Assembly (NCBI GenBank): GCA_002269645.1
Contig: NIVC01003436.1
Coordinates: forward strand, 1-64,000
DNA: 64,000 nt
Origin: Macrostomum lignano
Taxonomy: Eukaryota
Direction of reading: 5' to 3'
Shown here: in pieces, positions 1 through 12,212 of the stretch
Layout of the letters: each line of letters starts with the position of its first letter
Numbering within the stretch: position 1 is the first letter of the stretch
The notes under the pieces: generated by a model
What the model was told of the DNA's origin: nothing
What the model saw: the letters and a program-made list of their open reading frames with translations, nothing else
The model's database searches: none
Translations under genes and position numbers: made by a program

Positions 1-350
1 ATTAACTTTTTTTGAAGCGTATACGGTTTTATATACCTTATCGCGACATTGGCTACTCTTCAGGGATCCCCATCGCCTACCTCTGATTGCATCTGTCAGG
101 TGGGTCACTCGCCATACAGCTAATTAGCTAGTTAACTCAAGTCAGCTGACTTGTCTATTCACTTGCTTAAGAATTGTAAAGATCTCCGCAAAAATTAAGG
201 AACGACTTTTGTCTCATTTTCCAGGACCTATCAGGGCTCATAAATGTAGACAGCCAATGTCTCGAAGAGCGTTTCTAATGAAATCGAATCCAGCAAATTT
301 GGCCTTAACAAAAACCTAGAAATTAATTGCAAATAAATGCGGTGGTTGTG

Positions 351-990
351 TTATGCACTCGATCTTGGACATCGCCCGCATTTCACTCCTCGAGTAGCTC
401 GCCGTCTGGAAATAATGTTTCCAGAAGTCGGCCCCTCATTTTCGGCAGCACTGGCGATTCGTCGCGCCTTCACCTGGTCCGCCTTCTTTTGCCGCTCTGC
501 GGCTGGCCGAGATTGAAAGAGCACTGCCTGGCTTCTCGCCACGGTCGTGTCGGATTCCGACGAGCTCGTAGCGGAGATAGCTTCCAATCGAAGAACTTCA
601 GCTTTCATCTGACGATTTTCGGCTTGAGCCTCCGACAGCTTTTCACGAACTCCGCTCAATTGATGGCCTATTAAGTACATAAAAATGAGGAGAGTGGCGA
701 AGCAGATTCAAACTTAAGAATCGACAACACTTATATATATACGAGGCTGCTAACGTCTTCTAGTATATGCATAAAAAACTTACACAGTTCGTCCTCGGCT
801 TCGCCTTGGGCCCGAATCTGATCCATCATTGTGGTGCATGACGGGCATCGTGACGGCTGCGGTTGCTGCGATGGCACACGCGCCAAAGCAGTCGCTTCAA
901 TCGCTTGGGCCTTTCTATCCAAAGGCCCCTTCCAGAGAGTGGCGGAATACCGGGATCCGGTACTCTTGTTAGCAGCCGTGACAACGTGAT
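351..990 (-). CDS. Putative internal/3' exons of an unknown gene (784-990 and 351-667), with a predicted coiled-coil segment
   Basis: Donor GAACTGT|GTAAGT at 784/783 and acceptor ttaatAG|GCCATC at 668/667 join in phase to give ...EDELC-HQLSGVREKLSEAQAENRQMKAEVLRLE. Candidate acceptor gagcAG at 991 gives a 207-bp phase-1/phase-1 exon. No family recognised. Confidence 0.45.
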
Positions 991-1554
991 CTGCTCACGG
1001 CTGGTGCAACTGCAAACGCCTTAGACAAACCAATGGAGCATGTACCGACAAAAATCGGATTAGCGTCTATCTTAATAGGAAAGCTGCTTTGCATACTGGG
1101 CCAGTTAGAGCTATTTGGAACTATGCCACAGTCTCCGTCTAGACACCCAGCTGTGCCAAACAATATGGTTGGCTGATTTTATGCTTCTAAGCGTCAAATA
1201 TGACGATAGAATCATTCAGCCCGTTGACACACTAAGCAGCTGTGATAGACTACATGCCAGTGGAAGTCAAACCTCTCGCACACAAACAGGGCGCAACAAT
1301 TTTTCAATTGTCACCTGTACGGAGGATGGGCTCAGCCTCACATTACGGACGCTACAGAGCCGCCAAAAGCAGATCAATTCACATTGCAATTTCGAGGCTT
1401 TATTACCCCTCGCTTTCCAAGAGGAATTAGCGCCGTTGACCAAATGGATGCCAGGGATTGCCTGATGGGATAGCCATTTGCTGGGGTCTGTATTCAGCGG
1501 TTTTCCATCGGAGGCTTCCTCTCAAAATCCCCATGGAACTTATATAATGGATGC

Positions 1555-2105
1555 CGGATTGATTCCGACTCAAGTCCCGAAATTTTCCCGGATCAGCTTC
1601 GCCGGAACTTGGCTGAAATTCGGGTCAAGGGAGCTGATCCAGGTGAATTTTCCGGATTATTTGGTCCGGATCACTAGGGAATTCCGACTCAAGTCCCGAA
1701 ATTTTCCCGGATCAGCTTCGCCCGGAACTTGGCTGAAATTCGGGTCAAGGGAGCTGATCCAGGTGAATTTTCCGGATTATTTGGTCCGGATCACTAGGGA
1801 ATTCCGACTCAAGTCCCGAAATTTTCCCGGATCAGCTTCGCCCGGAACTTGGCTGAAATTCGGGTCAAGGGAGCTGATCCGGGTGAATTTTCCGGATTAT
1901 TTGGTCCGGATCGCTAGGGAATTCCGACTCAAGTCCCGAAATTTTCCCGGATCAGCTTCGCCCGGAACTTGGCTGAAATTCGGGTCAAGGGAGCTGATCC
2001 GGGTGAATTTTCCGGATTAGTTGGTCCGGATCACTGGAGAATTCCGACTCAATTCCCGAAATCTCACCCGGAACATTTTCACCCGGAACACTACTGAAAT
2101 TCGGG
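1555..2105. repeat. 120-bp tandem repeat, ~4.5 copies, CCGG-rich
   Basis: Unit start (g/a)attccgactcaa recurs at 1561, ~1681, 1801, 1921 and 2041. Confidence 0.95.
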
Positions 2106-2335
2106 TCTACACCCAGAATTCCATAGTGTTCCAGGTGAAAAATTCCGGAAAATCAGACCGGAACAGCTTTCCTTTTCCCGAAAATTTTCCGGATCATATT
2201 TCCGGATTTTTTTCCGGAACAAGGGGCTGTTCCGGGCCAAAAAAGCTGATCCGGGCCTTCACCCGGAAATCAATTAAAAATCGGGCCCGGATCACAAAAT
2301 TCCGGAAAAAATTCCGGGTGAAACGTTCGACGGGA

Positions 2336-2973
2336 GCCCTAGAGGGGCGGATTTTGAGTAGCCCTAAAGGGGCGGATTTTGAGTAGCCTTGGAAAGGGGT
2401 GATTTGGAGTAGCTTTGGAGAGGGCGGATTTTGAGTAGCCTTCGAGGGGCAGATTTTGAGTAGCCTTGGAGGGCGGATTTTGAGTAGCCTTGGAGGGGCG
2501 GATTTTGAGTAGCCCTAGAGGGGGCGGATTTTGAGTAGCCTCGGAGGGGCGGATTTTGAGTAGCCCTAGAGGGGGCGGATTTTGAGTAGCCTCGGAGGGG
2601 CAGATTTGGAGTAGCCTTGGAGGGGGCGGATTTTGAGTAGCCTCGGAGGGGCGGATTTTGAGTAGCCTTGGAGGGGGCGGATTTTGAGTAGCCCTAGAGG
2701 GGGCGGATTTTGAGTAGCCATGGAGGGGGCGGATTTTGAGTAGCCTCGGAGGGGCAGATTTTGAGTAGCCTTGGAGGGGGCGGATTTTGAGTAGCCCTAG
2801 AGGGGGCGGATTTTGAGTAGCCTCGGAGGGGCAGATTTTGAGAAGCCTTGGAGGGGGGCGGATTTTGAGAAGCCTTGGAGGGGGCGGATTTGGAGTAGCC
2901 TTGGAGGGGGCGGATTTTGAGTAGCCTTGGAGGGGGGCGGATTTTGAGTAGCCTTGGAGGGGGGCGGATTTTG
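2336..2973. repeat. 25-26-bp minisatellite (ggaggggcggattttgagtagcctt)n
   Basis: About 25 directly visible units. Confidence 0.95.
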
Positions 2974-3025
2974 ATATTTTAGAAAACTTTGCTAATTAGG
3001 GAGCTGAGCGCCAGTCGCCTCTCAC

Positions 3026-3220
3026 CACGGAGTCCACCAGCTCGGCAGCCTCGGACCCGCCGGTCCGCCAGACCTCCCTGTAGCTGTGCACTCGATTGAG
3101 CAGCGGGCACCAGATGGCGGGCCGCAGCCAGGCCTGGATGCTGGCCTGCAGCAGCACAAACCAGGCGATGCGGCCGGGAGGCTGCGGCTGAGTGGGCGAT
3201 GCAGCGGGAGCTGACGGCAT
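3026..3220 (-). CDS. Putative first coding exon of an unknown gene (MPSAPAASPTQ...ELVDSV)
   Basis: gccATG start, G/C-ending codons (CTG, GCC, CAG) like the other exons, and candidate donor GTG|GTGAGA at 3026/3025. It may belong to the gene at 351-990. Confidence 0.5.
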
Positions 3221-3282
3221 GGCTACTGAGTCTCAGAGAGGAAAAACTGCTCATGCAATAAATTGTGGATTCGCATAAGACA

Positions 3283-4817
3283 CAAAATCCGCCCTGTTCA
3301 AAGACTCTCAAAATCCATCCTCTGTTCAAAGACTCTCAAAATCCATCCTCTGTTCAAAGACTCTCAAAATCCATCCTCTTTTCAAAGACTCTCAAAATCT
3401 ATCCTCTTTTCAAAGACTCTCAAAATCCATCCTCTTTTCAAAGACTCTCAAAATCCATCCTCTTTTCAAAGACTCTCAAAATCCGCCCCTGTTCAAAGAC
3501 TCTCAAAATCCATCCTCTGTTCAAAGACTCTCAAAATCCATCCTCTTTTCAAAGACTCTCAAAATCCGCCCCTGTTCAAAGACTCTCAAAATCCATCCTC
3601 TTTTCAAAGACTCTCAAAATCCATCCTCTTTTCAAAGACTCTCAAAATCCATCCTCTTTTCAAAGACTCTCAAAATCCATCCTCTGTTCAAAGACTCTCA
3701 AAATCCATCCTCTGTTCAAAGACTCTCAAAATCCATCCTCTGTTCAAAGACTCTCAAAATCCATCCTCTTTTCAAAGACTCTCAAAATCCGCCCCTGTTC
3801 AAAGACTCTCAAAATCCATCCTCTTTTCAAAGACTCTCAAAATCCATCCTCTGTTCAAAGACTCTCAAAATCCATCCTCTGTTCAAAGACTCTCAAAATC
3901 CATCCTCTGTTCAAAGACTCTCAAAATCCATCCTCTGTTCAAAGACTCTCAAAATCCATCCTCTGTTCAAAGACTCTCAAAATCCATCTCTGTTCAAAGA
4001 CTCTCAAAATCCATCCTCTGTTCAAAGACTCTCAAAATCCGCCCCTGTTCAAAGACTCTCAAAATCCATCCTCTTTCAAAGACTCTCAAAATCCGCCCCT
4101 GTTCAAAGACTCTCAAAATCCATCCTCTGTTCAAAGACTCTCAAAATCCATCCTCTGTTCAAAGACTCTCAAAATCCGCCCCTGTTCAAAGACTCTCAAA
4201 ATCCATCCTCTGTTCAAAGACTCTCAAAATCCATCCTCTGTTCAAAGACTCTCAAAATCCATCCTCTGTTCAAAGACTCTCAAAATCCATCCTCTGTTCA
4301 AAGACTCTCAAAATCCATCCTCTGTTCAAAGACTCTCAAAATCCATCCTCTGTTCAAAGACTCTCAAAATCCATCCTCTGTTCAAAGACTCTCAAAATCC
4401 GCCCCTGTTCAAAGACTCTCAAAATCATCCTCTTTTCAAAGACTCTCAAAATCCGCCCCTGTTCAAAGACTCTCAAAATCCATCCTCTTTTCAAAGACTC
4501 TCAAAATCCATCCTCTGTTCAAAGACTCTCAAAATCCATCCTCTTTTCAAAGACTCTCAAAATCCATCCTCTGTTCAAAGACTCTCAAAATCCATCCTCT
4601 GTTCAAAGACTCTCAAAATCCATCCCTGTTCAAAGACTCTCAAAATCCATCCTCTGTTCAAAGACTCTCAAAATCCATCCTCTGTTCAAAGACTCTCAAA
4701 ATCCATCCTCTGTTCAAAGACTCTCAAAATCCATCCTCTGTTCAAAGACTCTCAAAATCCATCCTCTGTTCAAAGACTCTCAAAATGTTCAAAGACTCTC
4801 AAAATCCGCCCTCTTTT
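3283..4817. repeat. 28-bp minisatellite (ctgttcaaagactctcaaaatccatcct)n
   Basis: About 55 units; source of the spurious ORFs 3263..4990 and 3265..4836. Confidence 0.97.
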
Positions 4818-5299
4818 CTATTTCAAAGATTCCTGAATCTGCCACTGAGGGCCCTGATTCGCGCACTATACTAGAAGTGAATAACTATGTCAATAGAAAT
4901 GTTTATGTAAAGTCCAGAGGTTTTAAAAACGCGGCGAAAGAAAGACGAAAACGTGAAATAGAAAAAACAAAAAAATTTTTGTTTATTTAAGGATTTTCGA
5001 AGACGGACGGAAAATGGACGGTCGGAACTCATACCGAATGCTGAGTTCATGGGGCAAGGTGCTCAATACAAAGATTAAAATTTGTATACTAAGTTTAAAA
5101 ATTATAGAATAATAAAAAATAATCACAAACTGGCTACTTTAAGTAGTGAAATTGGTGATATGAAAAATCTACGACAGGCACTTGCAGCAAATAAATATTA
5201 AGAGATTCGCTACTAACATACTACTAGCATGCGAAATGAGTAGTGCAGTTGGAATTGAAACCATGAGCAACTTCAGCACGGCATGAAATGCCAATAGAA

Positions 5300-8200
5300 T
5301 CAGCTCGGAGACACCACCCACACGGGCAGGAACTGGTCCAGATACTTCGGGTCCGGCAAGCTGTTCTTAGTGACCACCATGAACCGGAAGTGCTCCAGGC
5401 GCCAGGCCCTGTTCTCACCGTACTCGGCGCTGTCGCCGGGTCTGACGAGGCGCCGCCAGCTGAAAGAGAAGCCGATTGAAATGAATTTCAGTATGCTAAG
5501 GTCAGAACTGCTGCGGGGGGTCAAGGTCAGCAGGGGGTCAAAGTCTGCAGGGGGTCAAGGTCAACAGGAGATCCAAGGTCAACAGGAGATCTAAGGTCAA
5601 CAGGAGATCCAAGGTCAACAAGAGATCCAAGGTCAACAAGAGATCCTAGGTCAACAAGAGATCCAAGGTCAACAGGAGATCTAAGGTCAACAAGAGATCC
5701 AAGGTCAACAAGAGATCCAAGGTCAACAAGAGATCCAAGGTCAACAAGAGATCCAAGGTCAACAAGAGATCCAAGGTCAACAAGAGATCCAAGGTCAACA
5801 GGAGTTCCAAGGTCAACAGGAGATCCAAGGTCAACAGGAGTTCCATGGTCAACAGGAGATCCAAGGTCAACAGGAGTTCCATGGTCAACAGGAGATCCAA
5901 GGTCAACAGGAGTTCCATGGTCAACAGGAGATCCAAGGTCAACAGGAGATCCAAGGTCAACAGGAGATCCAAGGTCAACAAGAGATCCAAGGTCAACAGG
6001 AGATCCGTCATCAAAGGTCAATCAGGGTATTTAAAGGAAAATAGCCCATTACAATGAAGAGATGCCCAGCACTGAATTCTGGCACTCACTTCGCATCCTT
6101 CAGAATGGACTTGTCGATCAGCATCTGCAGGAGATTCGGGCAGATTTCCCCGAATCGAACAGCGCAAGAGGAGTCCAGCAGGTGGTCCAGGTCCATCAGG
6201 TCCAGCACGAACGGCTTGCCGAAACTGCATGTAGGAAGGGATTTTCTGGTATTAAGGGCGCGATTGTTGCACTTTTAGGGGCGGCGGTGGCCCACGTAGC
6301 TGTAGGGTGTAGGAAGGCCTGAGGATCTGGATGCATAGATTATCTGGGAGTGCCTGGGGATCTGGAAGAGCCTGTGGATCTGGGAGTGCCTGGGGATCTG
6401 GAAGGCCCGAGGATCTGGGAGGGCCTGGGGATCTGGGAGAGCCTGTGGATCTGGGAGGGCCAGGGTATCTGGGAGTGCCTGGGGATCTGGAAGGCCCCGA
6501 GGATCTGGGAGGGCCAGGGGATCTGGGAGGGCCAGGGTATCTGGGAGGGCCAGGGGATCTGGGAGGGCCAGGGGATCTGGGAGGGCCAGGGTATCTGGGA
6601 GTGCCTGGGGATCTGGAAGGCCCGAGGATCTGGGAGGGCCAGGGGATCTGGGAGGGCCAGGGTATCTGGGAGGGCCAGGGGATCTGGGAGGGCCAGGGTA
6701 TCTGGGAGTGCCTGGGGATCTGGAAGGCCCTGAGGATCTGGGAGTGTCGGGATCTGGGAGGGCCTGGGGATCTGGAAGTGTCTGGGGATCTGGGAGGGCC
6801 TGGGGATCTAGGAGTGTCTGGGGATCTGGGAGTGTCGGGATCTGGGAGGGCCTGGGGATCTGGGAGTGTCGGGATCTGGGAGGGCCTGGGGATCTGGGAG
6901 TGTCTGGGGATCTGGGAGGGCCTGGGGATCTAGGAGTGTCTGGGGATCTGGGAGGGCCTGGGGATTCAAAAAGGCCTGGGGATCTGGGAGGGCCAGGGGA
7001 TCTGGGAGGGCCTGGGAATATGGGAGGGCCAGGGGATCTGGGAGGGCCTGGGAATATGGGAGGGCCAGGGGATCTGGGAGGGCCTGGGAATATGGGAGGG
7101 CCAGGGGATCTGGAAGGCCCTGAGGATCTGGGAGGGCCAGGGGATTCAAAAAGGCCTGGGGATCTGGAAGGCCCTGAGGATCTGGGAGTGTCTGGGGATC
7201 TGGGAGGGCCTGGAGATCTGAAAGGCCCTGGGGATCTGGGAGGCCCTGGGGATCTGGGAGGCCATGGGGATGTGGAATGCCTTGGGGATCTGGATGCCTT
7301 GGGGATCTGGATGCCTTGGGGATCTGGGATGCCCTGGGGATCTGGGAGGCCATGGGGATGTGGAATGCCTTGGGGATCTGGGAGGCCCTGGGGATCTGGG
7401 AGGCCATGGGGATGTGGAATGCCTTGGGGATCTGGATGCCTTGGGGATCTGGATGCCTTGGGGATCTGGGATGCCCTGGGGATCTGGGAGGGCCTGTGGA
7501 TCTGGGAGGGCCTGGGGATCCCCAAAGACTGAGGATGTTAAGGGACTGGGGATCCTAGAGGGTCATAGGGTCTGAGAGGGTGCCCAGCAGGGGAACTAGG
7601 AGGGGACCTGGGAGGGTGGCCCAGCCGGAGCATCCGGGAAGCACAAAGAATCTGCACTGACCGCAGGGCGCCCATGACGGCCATCCGCAGCTTGTTGACC
7701 TCCATGTCGGCAGGGTTGAGCGCGTTGGCATAGTTGGTGTCCCTGTAGCGCAGGAAGGTGCAGGCCATGCCGCTGGGGTCCACCAGCAGAGGCCAGCGGT
7801 TGCTATCCTGGATCCGGTTGCCCACATCCCGCAGCAGGATGTCGTCGAGTTCGCGGACGTTGGCCCGAATGCCTGGACGAGACTCGTCGCCAGCCGACTT
7901 GCCTTCCTGGTCTGTGACGGCGAAATAATGGGATAAACAGGCAGTGGATTCGGTAATCCTTCGAAATCGAATTAGAATTTACATTCTAATGTGTCACTAA
8001 ACTGCTTGTAGATACAAGCCGGTTACTAAGAAAAACTGAAAATGTTACTTTTTCAAGTGATAACACAGCAATTTTTGATACATATCGGCTTCACATATAC
8101 TGTTAACGGCTTATTAGCTAAATAAATTTCGATACATATCGGCTACAAATCACTAGTGCAAGCTCGTTGGCAAAATAACTTTCGATACATATCGGCTACA

Positions 8201-11189
8201 AATCACTAGTGCAAGCTCGTTGGCAAAATAACTTTCGATACATATCGGCTACAAATCACTAGTGCAAGCTCGTTGGCAAAATAACTTTCGATACATATCG
8301 GCTACAAATCACTAGTGCAAGCTCATTAGCAAAATAATTTTCGAAATTGATTTCCAGCCGATATGTAGCGTAGAAGACTGTACAGAGCCAAATTTTTATG
8401 TAAGGTTTTTCCGATGCATATCGGCTACAAATCACTACTGCAAGGTCATTGACTATACAATTTTCGATACATATCGGCTAATAAAGAAATAAAATATTTA
8501 GCTAGATATTCACTCTAGGCTAAGAAGATATTTTTCGATACATATCGGCAATAAAATCAATTTACTTTCTGCCGCTTTTTCCCGTCGTTGCAGCCGCAGC
8601 ATGGACAGCCGATCCCTGGCCCGCTCCTGTCCGGCCTTGGCCAGCTCCAACTCGGCCTCGGCGTCGTGCACGGACGCCAGGGTTGCCGGGGCAACGTCGG
8701 TGCGACCCTCGCCCGCCGCCAAATCGTGCTCGTGAATTCGCTTCTCTAAATCGCAATGGGCCTGGCGAAGTCGCAGCTCGGCGGTCGCCGATTCCCGCTC
8801 GGCGGCTTCCACCTGAGCGTCCAGCGAGGCCATCTCGGCCTCCTGCCGTTTTCGCTCCTCCTCGCGGCGGGCTGCCTTCGCCTTCTCGATTTTGCCGAGC
8901 AGTTGATCTGTCTGGCCGATGTCCCACGAATCTAGCAGTTCTCTGCAGTTTTTAAAAACAGGTATTTTTACTATACTACTATAGTGAAAGTCCTATAATA
9001 AGTAGACTAAACAGCGTTAATCGTTATTTTTTATCTCGATTGCTTATTCTGGCTGGATTGGTAAGCCGAACTCAAACTGGAATTAAATAGACTTTTTCAA
9101 GGCTGATGCCTAGAGTGTTTATAAAAGGTGAACCGTACAATGAATTTGCATCCGAAACTTAGCGCTTCCTTTGGCCTAGGAATAAATTAGCCAACTTTTC
9201 TTTAATATCAAGCAGAAAACGCCAAATTTGGGCAAGAGTAAGAGTCACGACTGTGACCGAATTTGCAGCCAATGTTAATGTTATAAGAGATGTTTCCTGC
9301 GCGGGGGCTGAAGAGTGCGATTTTGAAATCGAACCGAATCTTAAAGGTAGGATTTTTAAGCCAAATTAAATCTCCCAGATAAGACACTCAGATCCCGGAC
9401 AAGCTACTTAGATCTTAGGACATTGGGACATTTAGATCCCAGGTGAGACACTCAGATCTTAAGTGAGACTCTCAGATCCCAGGTAAGAGTACTCAGATCT
9501 CAAGTAAGACACTCAGATCTCAAGTAACACACTCGGATCCCAGGTGAGACACTCACATCCTAGGTAAGACACTCAGATCCCAGGTGAGACACTCACATCC
9601 TAGGTAAGACACTCAGATCCCAGGTGAGACACTCACATCCTAGGTAAGACACTCAGATCCCAGGTGAGACACTCAGATCTCAAGTAAGACTCTTAGATCC
9701 CAGAGAAGACACTCAGATCTCAAGTAAGACTCCAGATCCCAGGTAAGATACTCAGCAGTCTCACCTAACTTCATCAATCGCGGCCACGTCCCTGGCGGTC
9801 TGGGCATCCTCAGCGTAGATCCTGGGATCGGCACCAGCGCCGAGCAGCTGCTCGCAGGCGGCCAGGTGGCCAGCGAAGGAGGCCCGGTACAGAGGCGTCC
9901 GGCCAAACTGGCCGCGCCTGTTGGGGTCGGCGCCCCGCTGCAGCAGGAAGCCGACAGACTCGGGGTCGCCTCCGCTGGCGGCCTCGGAGAGCGGCGAATT
10001 GCCGTTGGCGTCTTCGCAGTCCAGCAGCTCCAGCTGGTGCCGGTTGCGCAGCGCCCGGCCGATCGGGTCGTCACGTGACAGGCCGGCCTGGGAGTCCAGG
10101 GACTCTTGCTGTGGAATTAGAGTGGGAATTGTGTGGGGTGAGACAGATGATGTCCAGGTGAGACACAAGGATGTCCAGAGACACGTGGACGCCTAGAGGA
10201 GACACATGGATGTTTAGGTGAGACACATGGATGTCCAGAGACACATGGATGTCCAGATGAGACACATGGATGTTTAGGTGAGACACATGGATGTCCAGAG
10301 ACACATGGATGTCCAGATGAGACACATGGATGTTTAGGTGAGACACATGGATGTCCAGAGACACATGGATGTCCAGAGACACATGGATGTTTAGGTGAGA
10401 CACATAAATGTCCAGAGACACATGGATGTTTAGGTGAGACACATGGATGTTTAGGTGAGACACATGGATGTCCAGAGACACATAGATGTCCAGAGACACA
10501 TGGATGTCCAGAGACACATGATGCCTAGAGACACATAGATGTCCAGAGACACATAGATGTCCAGAGACACATGAATGTCCAAGTGAGACACATGGATGCC
10601 CAGAGACACATGGATGTCCACAGACAGATCTCCAGGCAAGGCACTCAGATCCCGGACACCCCGACAACCCACAAACCCGGCGAACCTCCCGCAGCAGGCT
10701 CTCCATCTCCTCCGTCTCGCCGTTGAAGGCGGCCTCCAGCATCCGCTTCCGCCGGCGCAGCTGCTCGGCCCGCCGCTTTCTCTCCTCCTCCTCCTTGGCC
10801 CGCTGGCGCTCGGCCGCGGCCTGCTGCATCCGAACCACCGCCACGAAGGCCTCCTTTTCCAGCCGCTCCATCTGCCTCTCGTAGTCTTGGCGAGCAGCGC
10901 GCAGGGCTGCCAGCTTGCGAGCCGCGAGGAGGCGGCGGTACCAGCACTGAATGGTCAGGGCCGCCTTCGACTGGCGCGGATCTGCGACGGACTTCGCCGG
11001 CTGCGGCTTCGCCTTCTGCGGCTGCTTTGCTGCGGTGCCGCCTCTGCTGCCGCCGCCGCCTCGAGCCGCCCCGCTGGCACCACCGCGGCCTCGCGTGGCT
11101 GCCGGCCGGGCGCCCCTGGCTGCAGCAGCGGGGGCTGCCGCTCCGACGCCGCGACCTCCGCGAGTTCCCGACGCTGCAGGTTTGGCCGG
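5300..11189 (-). CDS. IQANK1: IQ motif and ankyrin repeat domain-containing protein; exons 10686-11189, 9765-10108, 8566-8942, 7662-7911, 6090-6224, 5300-5459
   Basis: All junctions are GT-AG and phase-compatible (0, 2, 1, 2, 2). The product has an IQ motif (IQCWYRRLLAARK), LEAAFNGE, two ankyrin repeats (GNSPLSEAASGG; GRTPLYRASFAGH), a coiled coil, and a C-terminal LLRDVGNRI...RWPLLVDPSG...FLRYRDTNY...GKPFVLDL...LEHFRF...LPVWV. Motif order matches IQANK1 as recalled. Confidence 0.9.
5556..6006. repeat. 18-bp intronic minisatellite (caaggtcaacaggagatc)n
   Basis: About 25 units within the last IQANK1 intron. Confidence 0.95.
6320..7560. repeat. G-rich ~18-bp intronic minisatellite (ggggatctgggagggcc variants)
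   Basis: Degenerate tandem units fill intron 6225-7661 and generate the pseudo-collagen-like ORFs. Confidence 0.93.
8125..8345. repeat. 53-bp intronic tandem repeat, ~4 copies, with degenerate copies to ~8550
   Basis: tttcgatacatatcggctacaaatcactagtgcaagctcgttggcaaaataac repeated. Confidence 0.9.
9375..9756. repeat. 20-bp intronic minisatellite (aggt(a/g)agacactcagatccc)n
   Basis: About 18 units ending a few bases from the exon donor at 9764. Confidence 0.92.
10137..10655. repeat. 18-22-bp intronic minisatellite (aggtgagacacatggatgtccag variants)
   Basis: Fills most of intron 10109-10685. Confidence 0.92.
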
Positions 11190-11292
11190 CTGGAAGTTCC
11201 GAAGCAAAATAACACTATTTTGAGTAGCGACAGACAGCAAACACGACAGCTCTGGCTGCTGTTGCCTTCATTTAAGGCCGCCACCCCCATGT

Positions 11293-11782
11293 CCTCTGAT
11301 AGAGCTCCGCTACCCCACTGCAGCCTCTGATGGAGCTCCGCTACCCCACTGCAGCCTCTGATGGAGCTCCGCTACCCCACTGCAGCCTCTGATGGAGCTC
11401 CGCTACCCCACTGCAGCCTCTGATGGAGCTCCGCTACCCCACTGCAGCCTCTGATGGAGCTCCGCTACCCCACTGCAGCCAAAGCCAGTCAGATCCCTGA
11501 TAGGATACTCACATCTTAGGTAAGACACTCAGATACCAGGTGAGACACTCAGATCCCAGGTAGGACACTCAGAACCCAGGTAGGACACTAAGATCCCAGG
11601 TAGGACACTCAGAACCCAGGTAGGGCACTAAGATCCCAGGTGAGACACTCCACAGGAGACACAGCCTCTGATGGAGCTCCGCTACTCCACTGCAACCTCT
11701 GATGGAGCTCCGCTACCCCACTGCAGCCTCTGATGGAGCTCCGCTACTCCACTGCAACCTCTGATGGAGCTCCGCTACTCCA
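11293..11782. repeat. Compound array: 31-bp unit (ctctgatggagctccgctaccccactgcagc) at 11293-11480 and 11663-11782, flanking a 20-bp aggt(a/g)(a/g)gacactcagatccc block at ~11505-11650
   Basis: Units directly visible. Confidence 0.92.
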
Positions 11783-12102
11783 CAGTCCTTCCCTTAATTC
11801 TCAGTCTTCTATTCAAATAAAGCAAAGACTAATCAGCTTCTGAAGAAACAACAAGCAAACAAAGCTAATTACAGCTTATTATTAATTGTAATAGCTGATC
11901 GGCCCAAGCAAACGCGTGCTGATCAATTGCAATCTTGCGTCGCACAGAGCGCTCTCTGACAAATGCGGAAGATGCGAGAGCGTGATGCAGAAATATTAAA
12001 GTTTCACCTGCCCCTAGCAATAGTAAACTAATGTCCAAACAAACTAATTAATCAAGCATGATTTAAGAGTAGTAAAATAGTAAAAGCAAGATATGAATTT
12101 AC

Positions 12103-12105
12103 CAT
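12103..12105 (-). CDS. IQANK1: Candidate ATG-only first coding exon of IQANK1
   Basis: ggcacaATG|GTAAAT would splice in phase 0 to ttccAG|CCG GCC AAA CCT (M-PAKPAAS...). Other upstream donors exist, so this is inferred. Confidence 0.35.
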
Positions 12106-12212
12106 TGTGCCAGTAAGTACAGCACAATAACCGCTTAACAGTCAGAGATTACGTGTTATTAAAAATGAGTTGATTGCTTTGAGCTTGAGCTGAAGCTTCT
12201 ATGTGAGCTGGG

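Noticed and set aside
3263-4990. 575-aa and 523-aa ORFs
   Set aside because: They are translations of a 28-bp minisatellite lacking stops in some frames; the periodic peptide appears in multiple frames.
6275-7532. Collagen-like or PG-rich ORFs
   Set aside because: They lie in a phase-consistent IQANK1 intron and are open in several frames on both strands.
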